Part shown: positions 55,313 to 64,000 of the stretch, piece after piece
Layout: each line of letters starts with the position of its first letter
Numbering within the stretch: the first letter of the stretch is position 1
Made by a program: the position numbers and the translations under genes
Notes under the pieces: generated by a model
Told to the model about the DNA's origin: nothing
What the model saw: only the letters and a program-made list of their open reading frames with translations
The model's database searches: none
Source of the DNA: Eledone cirrhosa
Lineage: Eukaryota
Direction: 5' to 3'
DNA: 64,000 bases
NCBI GenBank assembly: GCA_964016885.1
Contig: OZ024756.1
Location: 15,500,001 to 15,564,000, forward strand

Positions 55313-56817
55313 TGGTGTGTCATATATATTTCTCATTACAAGTTTATTAGGGATAAAATTTATTGGGGATAAAAGGATAAAGGGATAAAATAAGGTGTAC
55401 AGTGTATGAGGAGTGGTGAGGTGGTGGGGGGTGGGGGTGAGTGAGTTGAGGGTGGGGTGGGGGTAGGACTGAGTTGAGGGTGGTGGGGTGGTGGAAGTGA
55501 GTTGAGGTTGGTGGCACTGTGTATAAGGTGATAAAATGGAAGGAGGGAGAAAGTTAAGGGTTTAAGCACTATAAGTAATATAAGTTCAATATGGAAATAG
55601 GGTTCAATGGTGGGGGTGATATGGGGGGGGGGGGTCATTGTATATTTTGTTGTTATTTACATTTTATTTTTATTACTATATTTTGTTAAGGTTTTTTAGA
55701 GGGGTGGGGGCAATAAAAAATCAGAAGGTTAGTCACCACCATCACCACCATCCCCACCTCCACCACCATCACTACCATCACCATCACCACCATACCACCA
55801 TCATCACCATTACCATCACTATCACCATCATCACCATCACTACCACCACCACCACCATCACCATCCCCACCACCACCACCATCACCACTGCCACCACCAC
55901 CACCACCATCACAATCACCATCACACCACCATCACCATCACCACCATCACCACCACTACAACCATCATCACCACCACCATTACAATCACCACCACCACCA
56001 CCACCACCACCACAACCACCATCACCATCACAATCACAACCACCATCACTATAACCACCACTACAACCATCATCATCCCCACCACCACCACCGTCACCAC
56101 TGCCACCACCATCACCACTGCCACCACCACCACCACAATCACCATCACACCACCATCACCATCACCACCATCACCACCACTACAACCATCATCACCACCA
56201 CCACCATTACAATCACCACCACCACCATCACTACAACCATCATCACCACCATCACCATCACCACCACCATCACAACCACCATCACTATCACCACCACTAC
56301 AACCATCATCATCACCACCACCACCACCACCATCACCATGATGACCAACAGTGTACACCGCCTACACTAGAGGGCCACAGGAGTACAAGGATTACATCAG
56401 ACTATTATTTATTTAATCAATTTAAACGTCCGTATAGAGCTAGTAAGCTATGACAGACCAGGGCAAGTATCTAGTACTTCTTACAGTTGAGAAACAAAAC
56501 AAGATATAAAGACATAAGAGAATATAAAAATAAAATAATATATTAAATTAAATTAACCTTTAGCATGCCAAATTTTTTTATGAATTACTTCCCTTGACAC
56601 TGTATTATGTATTAAGGGGAGACCACTCTATTGGTGACATAAGGCAGCTAGAGGGCACTGAAGGTTAAATAGGGAAGGCAAATTAAGCATAAAAAAAGGT
56701 AAAGGAAAAATGGAGATAAGGAGACTTGGAGAGAAAGAATAAAGGAAAGGAGAGGAAAAGTGGAGGAAGAGGGAAAAAAGAGAAGAGAGGGGTGTAAAAC
56801 AGTTGGGGTTAACTTAC

Positions 56818-56936
56818 CCAAGAACTGGATAAAGTTGGGTTTGAAACTGAGATCTTCACAACTTGAACCTCCCACAGTGGAACTTCCAACACCTTCTGAG
56901 CTGATTAGTGGTTCACAGGAGGAGTCATTGCTTATT
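56818..56936 (-). CDS. PROSER3: PROSER3-like exon (ISNDSSCEPLISSEGVGSSTVGGSSCEDLSFKPNFIQFL)
   Basis: ttgtag acceptor, gtaagt donor; 119 nt, phase 2 to 1. Confidence 0.75.
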
Positions 56937-57036
56937 CTACAATATATATATATATTGTGGGTGAGGCTAGTTAAACCATAGTTGGAGCAGATGGCAGTTG
57001 ACTCTGAGGAGTTTATCTGCCCTTACGCACACATAA

Positions 57037-57711
57037 TATTAGGTTGTTCCGAAAATAATGGCCGCTCTAAGTGTTGTGTTTTGAAACGCAATTTTATCAT
57101 AGTATTTTAATTATATTTTAGGTGAATTTCGACATACTTAATAATTGATGTATGGTCTTTAATAATTTTCTACTTATTTCTGACAGAAAACATTCTTGAA
57201 GCATAGGCGCCCTTATGAACATGACAATAAAAGGACCTTCACTTACTTTTCTTGCATGAGTTCAAGTTTGGGCACAATGCCTCCCAAACAGCTGCCAATA
57301 TCAACAGAGCATGGGGAGAGGGGTCCACAAGTGACCACACAGTCTTGACAATGAACAATTGGAAGCAATTGTTGAACAAAACCCACGTCAAAGTGTCAGA
57401 GAAATGTCTCAGGCACTTGGTGTTGGTATTGCAATGGTCTCATGCCATCTGCAGAAGATTGGTAAGGTGAAAAAGCTCGATAAATGGGTACCGCATGAGC
57501 TCAATGAAAATCAAAAAGTTTGTTTTGAAGTGTGCTTGATGCTCTTTCTGCGAAACACCAATGATCCTTTTCTTGACCCAATAGTCAATAGGCAGAGATG
57601 CAGAGATGTTCACGGCTCATACTTTGACCAATCAAAACATTTCTGTTGTTAATTTTTCCAGAATAAAATTATGTTTCTGAAATTGGCCATTATTTTCAGA
57701 ACAACCTAATA
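57037..57711 (+). mobile_element. Internally deleted mariner (cecropia/Hsmar1-like) with both TIRs
   Basis: TA-TTAGGTTGTTCCGAAAATAATGGCC...GGCCATTATTTTCAGAACAACCTAA-TA; encodes HEFKFGHNASQTAANIN and KKLDKWVPHEL. Confidence 0.92.
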
Positions 57712-57737
57712 CAATATATATACACACATAATAATGG

Positions 57738-57982
57738 CGACACAGTAAAAAGCACCCAGCCCACACTGTGATGTGGTTGTCTAGGTGTCACAACAAAAAG
57801 CACCCAGCCCACACTGTGATGTGGTTGTGTAGGTGTCACAACAAAAAGCACCCAGCCCACACTGTAATGTGGTTGTGTAGGTGTCATGACAAAAAGCACC
57901 CAGCCCACACTGTAATGTGGTTGTGTAGGTGTCACAACAAAAAGCACCCAGCCCATACTGTAAGGTGGTCATGTAGGTGTCA
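57738..57982. repeat. 48-bp tandem repeat, 5 copies (RTE-A UTR/SINE-B unit)
   Basis: Unit gtcacaacaaaaagcacccagcccacactgtaatgtggttgtgtaggt. Confidence 0.9.
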
Positions 57983-58507
57983 CCGCCACCACCACTACCG
58001 TCACCGCCACCACCACTACCACCACCACCACTGTTTAATGTCTATTTTCCATACTTGCATAGGTTAGACGTTTGTAACATGTGAGGCTAACTCTTTAGCA
58101 TTTAACCCAACCATATCTGGACAGAATTCTCTCACTACTTTCTGTTCAAACTGGCCATAACCAGCCACTCATACTGACATTAACCCTTTAGTATTCACAT
58201 TACTCTATATATACTATTATATTTTCATGGTAAATGTTTTATCTCACATAATGTTAAAGAGTTAATCCCTATCTTGTCTCAACCAACAGCAAAACAACAA
58301 CTTATGAGAAAGTAGGTTCGCCTGGTCAGCATTAAAAAGTGTGTCCACCTGTGGATGCTATGCTGAAAATAGAACAAGAGATGTGGTCCTCCAACCCATT
58401 TAGAAGGGCAGGATCCATGACTGATTGTTGACTTGACCATGTCTTGCTCATCTATTCCTGTTTGGTCAATGTTTTCTAGGGCTGGGCACCCTTCCTAACA
58501 CCATATG

Positions 58508-59560
58508 CAGAGGTGTAACAAGGGAAAATAGCACCTATGGCAAACATTGAAATTGCACCCCAGCCCTTGCAGCAAGCTATATAGTAGTTGTTAGACAATG
58601 GGAGTGACAGTGCAGTTTAAATAAATGAGGGTTTAGGGTATTAAACTGCATTTTCATTTGTTCTACAGGTATCCTTTACACTTAAATATACGTAAAGTAT
58701 TGACAAAAGTGTTAGTGTATTTAAAGGGAGAGATCTGTGTAATACTGATCTATGACATATATTATAGGGAGAGATCTGTGTAATACTGATCTGTGACATA
58801 TATTAAAGGGAGTGATCTGTGTAATACTGATCTTTGACAAATATTATAGGGAGAGATCTGTGTAATACTGATCTTTGACAAATATTATAGGGAGAGATCT
58901 GTGTAATACTGATCTGTGACAAATATTAAAGGGAGAGATCTGTGTAATACTGATCTATGACATATATTAAAGGGAGTGATCTGTGTAATACTGATCTGTG
59001 ACAAATATTAAAAGGAGAGATCTGTGTAATACTGATCTGTGACAAATATTAAAACTCTATTAAAATATTTGACAAGTCATACTATGAGGTATGCCTCTGT
59101 GATCATGTAGTTCCCAGCACTGAATTTTTACCTATGGAGGCCTAATAGTTTATATAAATGGTTTAATGATCCAGCCACCATAGTATTTCTCACCCATGAT
59201 AATCAAAGACAGATCATACATCTGAAGAAGTTTATTTTATCACTCTCTGGCGATAGCTTATCTGACTTTAACCCTTTAGTATTCACATTACTCTATATAT
59301 ACTACTATATCACATAATATCTCACATAATATCGAATCTATGAGATTTTGAAAGTATTTATTTTGAGAACAATACCTTAACATCAGTTTGAGTGACCAGT
59401 TACAGCTGGTTTCAACAAAAAGAGGTAGAGAATTCTGGCCGGTTTTGGCCGGTTTGAACGCTAAAGGGTTAATAGAAAGTGCTCCTAGTCCAGGTAGCAC
59501 CCCCTTTCAAATGACGCCTGTGGCATATGCCATGCTTGCCATAGCTTAGATATGCCTCTG
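58508..59560. mobile_element. hAT-like non-autonomous element with 8-bp TSD, holding a 41-bp minisatellite and a nested piggyBac MITE (59268-59472)
   Basis: accatatg-CAGAGGTGTAAC...GATATGCCTCTG-accatacg. Confidence 0.65.
58724..59053. repeat. 41-bp minisatellite, ~8 copies
   Basis: Unit aagggagagatctgtgtaatactgatctgtgacatatatta. Confidence 0.92.
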
Positions 59561-59683
59561 ACCATACGTATATATATTATTTCAATAAGACTTACGGGGT
59601 CGATAAAATAAAGTACCAGTAATACACTGGGTAATTGCTGACCTTGTGCCTAAAGTAGAAACAATTATTTCAATGAGACTTAC

Positions 59684-59730
59684 TCAACAGAAGCAGAAGG
59701 AGAATCCTGTTTGTCATTGTCGTCCAGTAT
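59684..59730 (-). CDS. PROSER3: PROSER3-like 47-nt exon (ILDDNDKQDSPSASVE)
   Basis: ttattttgtag acceptor, gtaagt donor; phase 0 to 2 fits both neighbours. Confidence 0.72.
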
Positions 59731-59938
59731 CTACAAAATAACAGAAGTTAGACTTAATGAAGAATAAAAGGAGGAAAGCTGAGGAGGACATCAACAATAA
59801 CAACCACCTGAAGACCCCTACATGGTTGTTCAACTTGCCATATATAGCAGCCAAATTTCCCTCATATACATATATAAATACATAACATATGTGTCACATA
59901 ATCTTATCATATATACATACATATATATATATATATAT

Positions 59939-60122
59939 AAGTATATATTACACAAAGAGAAATGTGTTACACAGTGAGATGTGTGTAAAGAATTATTACA
60001 AGTGATTTTACCGTTACTGTATAGGGAACAATATCTACAGGTTAGCACGGTAAAATCACTTGTAATAATTCTTTACACACATCTCACTGTGTAACACATT
60101 TCTCTTTGTGTAATATATACTT
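59939..60122. repeat. Fold-back inverted repeat (~76-bp arms, ~32-nt spacer) starting at (TA)n
   Basis: aagtatatattacacaaagag...ttttaccgt / acggtaaaa...tgtgtaatatatactt. Confidence 0.93.
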
Positions 60123-60479
60123 GCATTTGAGCTCGGAAGGAAATTCTCTATTCTTCTTTGAGCTAATAATACTATTATTATTATTATTACAGTGAACTGC
60201 GGAATACTCTTAATTCCGATTTTTGTATATATATATATATATAGCGCGTCTAACCCATGCTAGCGTGGAAAATGGACGTTAAACGAAGATGATGATGGAT
60301 GATGATGATATATATATGTGTATATATATATAAACAAAGAGTTATTTAATTTGTTGGTTATTCAACAAATTTATTTATAACAGATTCGAAGCACTCTACA
60401 GATTTTTCTTCTGGAGTATAATATCAATAATATTAATTAGTTACCTTGAAATATATCTAATAAAATAAATATGGTTTTT

Positions 60480-60910
60480 TAAAGATGCTGCATGGTAGTG
60501 AGACATGGGCAGCAACTGCAGAGGATGTTGAGAAATGAAGCGAGCATGCTCCGATGGATGTGCAATGTCATTGTGTGTGAACAACCAAGCATGGGCAAGT
60601 TGAGAGAGAAACTGGGTATAAGAGAGATAAACTGTAGTGTGCAGGAAAGAAGACTATGTTGGTATGGCCACGTGATGCACATGGAAGATGACCGCTGGGT
60701 GAAGATGTGCCAAAAAATCCTGGTGGAATCCCAGTGGACGCAGTAGAGGAAGACCACGAAACACATGGGCGGAGGTGGTGAGAGCTGACCTCAGATTGCT
60801 GAAGCTCTCAGAGATGATGAAGGACCATGACAAATGGAGAGATGCTGTGCTGAACAGACCCATCCCACCCTTGCAAGCAAGGAAAAGCGGGCATAAAACA
60901 ATGACGATGA

Positions 60911-60912
<2 letters not shown>
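60480..60912 (+). mobile_element. RTE family B LINE 3' fragment, degenerate
   Basis: Homologous to 48395-48830. Confidence 0.85.
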
Positions 60913-60983
<71 letters not shown>

Positions 60984-61070
60984 AGAGTTAAACAAGATTC
61001 AATGAATACATCAAGGAATGAGTTTTACAATAGATTGGAAGCACTCTACAGTGAATATTTTCCAGAGTTA

Positions 61071-61338
61071 TTAATATTAATTCAAAATATTAACAAAATA
61101 GATATTCTTGTGATCAATTATATTTTATTATACATATTTCAGAGGTACTGAATTAAGTTCAACAGTACTACCTTGATTAAATCTTAACCATCTACCATGT
61201 CAGGGTATGTCATGTATCATTTTATTTTATCTGATGAGGACGTACTGTTGAACTTAATTCAGTACCTCTGAAATATGTATAATAAAATATAATTGATCAC
61301 AAGAATATCTATTTTGTTAATATTTTGAATTAATATTA
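61071..61338. repeat. Fold-back inverted repeat (~95-bp arms, ~75-nt spacer) overlapping a hammerhead
   Basis: About 61073-61168 is the reverse complement of 61242-61338; (TA)n on both sides of the module. Confidence 0.9.
61223..61289 (+). ncRNA. Minimal type I hammerhead ribozyme, same family as 34166-34231
   Basis: TATTTTAT-CTGATGA-GGAcGTACTG(ttgaacttaatt)CAGTACcTCT-GAAATATGTATA^ATAAAATA. Confidence 0.72.
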
Positions 61339-61351
61339 TATATATATATAA

Positions 61352-61707
61352 GTGGAGGCACATGGCTAAGTGGAGGCACATGGCTTAGTGGAGGCACATG
61401 GCTTAGTGGTTAGAGCATTGGCCTTGCAATCGAAAGGTTGTGAGTTCAATTCTCAGACCGGGTGATGTGTTGTTTCCTTGAGCAAGACACTTTATTTCAC
61501 GTTAGTCCAGTTTACTCAGCTGTAGAAATGAGATGATAGGGACTGCGGTGGTCATGGAGGTGCCACGGCAAAAAAGCACCCAGCACTCACTGTAAATGAG
61601 GTTGGTGTTAGGAAGGGCATCCAGCTGTAGAAATCAAGCCAGAATCAGTTCCCGTCCCACCCTTGCAAGCAGGGAAAAAGCGGACGTAAAAAATGAAAAA
61701 ATGAAAT
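61352..61707 (+). mobile_element. SINE family B with a triplicated 5' end
   Basis: agtggaggcacatggct(a/t) three times, then the full element. Confidence 0.87.
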
Positions 61708-62554
61708 ATATATATATATATATCATAACATAATAAAGCAAGGAGTGCAGGACTGCATCCTGAATATATTTTTTTACCCCGTTTGTAAAATAAGTTGGAT
61801 TACTTTGAATAAATAATGAATGAATATTACATAATTTATATACTAAATATAAATAATTTTATTGCTTATTTCAAGATTCACTTCTTTAAAATTTTCAAAT
61901 GTCAACACTTCCAGTTAGCGGCCGTTATATCATAACACTTATTACATCGCTTATATAAACATTCATATATTTCCGTCACTAATTTTCTCCTAATGCAGTT
62001 TATATAAAATAACGTCCAGACCCATGCTAGCGTGGAAAATGGACGTTAAACGATGATGATGATGATGATGATGATGATGATCGTCTTTTTTAAATGTATC
62101 ATGCATTACGTTAGTGATTAAATAAGACAAGTGTAACGCAGTCTTCGTTCAATTTCTATGTATTATATATTGTCAATTACGATTTTATTTGATGTATCAT
62201 ATCTACATGTATATATACTTGTGTATAATATCAATATACACACAACACATGCTAGCAGAAAACCACTCGTGGGTGGTTTTTCTGCTAGTACATATAATGA
62301 TATGATGTATAAATCATCACAGTTTAATGTCCATTTTTCCATGCTAGCATGGTCTATATGAGTTGTCTCATTGTGAGACAAATAGATATAAACGTATTTA
62401 TATGATAAAAGCTGACCTTGCCCAATTGCACCTCTCAAAGGCAATGACACAGGACCGAGACCTCTGGCGTTAGGCAGTAATACAGAAGACTCATGGGTTC
62501 CCACGGGTACAAGCCGAAGCTGAAGCGTATAGACATTATGTCCCCACACCCCTC

Positions 62555-63610
62555 CCACTGTAATGTGGTCGTGTAGGCGTGTGTCACAACAAAAAGCACC
62601 CAGTCCACACTGCAAAGTGGTTGTGTAGGTGTCACAACAAAAAGCACCCAGTCCACACTGCAAAGTGGTCATGTAGGTGTCACGATAAAAAGCACCCAGC
62701 CCACACTGTAAAGTGGTTATGTAGGTATCACAACAAAAAGCACCCAGTCCACACTGTAAAGTGGTCATGTAGGTGTCACAACAAAAAGCACCCAGCCCAC
62801 ACTGTAAAGTGGTCCTGTAGGTGTCACAACAAAAAGCACCCAGCCCACACTGTAAAGTGGTCATGTAGGTGTCACGATAAAAAGCACCCAGCCCACACTG
62901 TAAAGTGGTCATGTAGGTGTCACAACAAAAAGCACCCAGCCCACACTGTAAAGTGGTCATGTAGGTGTCACGATAAAAAGCACCCAGCCCACACTGTAAA
63001 GTGGTCCTGTAGGTGTCACAACAAAAAGCACCCAGTACTCACTGTAAAGTGGTCCTGTAGGTGTCACAACAAAAAGCACCCAGCCCACACTGTAAAGTGG
63101 TCATGTAGGTGTCACGATAAAAAGCACCCAGCCCACACTGTAAAGTGGTCCTGTAGGTGTCACAACAAAAAGCACCCAGTACTCACTGTAAAGTGGTCCT
63201 GTAGGTGTCACAACAAAAAGCACCCAGCCCACACTGTAAAGTGGTCCTGTAGGTGTCACAACAAAAAGCACCCAGTCCACACTGTAAAGTGATCCTGTAG
63301 GTGTCACAACAAAAAGAACCCAGCCCACACTGTAAAGTAGTCGTGTAGGTGCCACAACAAAAATCACCCAGTCCGCACTGTAAAGTGGATGTGTAGTTGT
63401 GTGTCACAACAAAAAAGCACCCAGTACTCACTGTAAACGAGGTTGGTGTTAGGAAGGGCATCCAGCTGTAGAAATCAAGCCAGAATCAGTTCCTGTATGA
63501 GCAAGACATGGTCACCTGACCTGGCATTGTCCACAACTGAACAACCCGTCTGACCCATGCTAGTGTGGAAACATTGAAGTAAAACAGAGATATGATGATG
63601 ATGATGATAT
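62555..63610 (+). repeat. 48-bp tandem array, ~17 copies, running into a SINE/RTE tail
   Basis: Unit gtcacaacaaaaagcacccagcccacactgtaaagtggtc(a/c)tgtaggt, then ggttggtgttaggaagggcatcc...(GAT)n. Confidence 0.92.
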
Positions 63611-63739
63611 ATATATATATATGTGTGTTGTGGTATATGGGGGGGGGGGGGTGATTGTGATGATGGTGGCAATGATGATGATGATGGTGATGATGATGAT
63701 GATGATGATGATGACAATAATGATAATTATGAAACAAAC

Positions 63740-64000
63740 CATTCCATTTGGTGGAGAAAGATAACGATGCTGATTATTATTATCATCAGAGCTGTCATCC
63801 AGAGATTTCTTCGTCACTTTCCCCTTCCTCCATTCTTTTAGCAGATCTCCATCACCACCACCACTGAACACTGCATTGGTATTGACACTGCCTCTACCAC
63901 CGCCACCACTACCACCACCTCCACCACCGCCTCTACCACTGCCACCACTACCACCGCCGCCATAGTCTTGGAATAGTCTTTCTCTTCTTTCCACATGACC
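63740..64000 (-). CDS. PROSER3: PROSER3-like exon, partial (GHVERRERLFQDYGGGG...DLLKEWRKGK...PPNGM); continues beyond the window
   Basis: Open frame to the window edge; gtttgt donor at 63739; phase 0 matches the next exon. Confidence 0.6.

Noticed and set aside
62163-63461. Cys/His-rich 16-aa repeat ORFs
   Set aside because: They come from the 48-bp retroelement-derived array.

Overview
Repeat-dense animal DNA, most consistent with an octopus/cephalopod genome (inferred from the repeat families, not verified). It has long (TA)n, (CA)n and (CAC)n microsatellites, about ten minisatellites, tRNA-headed SINEs, LINE relics (Tx1, several RTE families, CR1-like), a Penelope-like (PLE) RT relic, two mariner relics, and piggyBac-type and hAT-type MITEs. 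One host gene can be built by hand on the minus strand: 9 phase-compatible GT-AG exons from beyond 64000 to a TGA at 26799 (820 aa inside the window). It resembles PROSER3 and has a 33-bp coding minisatellite. The most interesting signal is a set of short non-coding modules inside (TA)n arrays. They carry type I hammerhead ribozyme folds (complete at 6424-6475 +, 12676-12765 -, 34166-34231 -, 61223-61289 +) and/or fold-back inverted repeats, which suggests a non-autonomous, TA-targeting, PLE/retrozyme-like family. Other points: a twin-priming-like inversion in an RTE-type LINE, a SINE sharing 3' modules with two RTE families, tandem arrays grown from pieces of LINEs, MITEs and a splice junction, and a mariner that starts 14 bp after the gene's stop codon. 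Most ORFs in the supplied track are microsatellite artefacts. All family assignments are from motif recognition; no searches were run.
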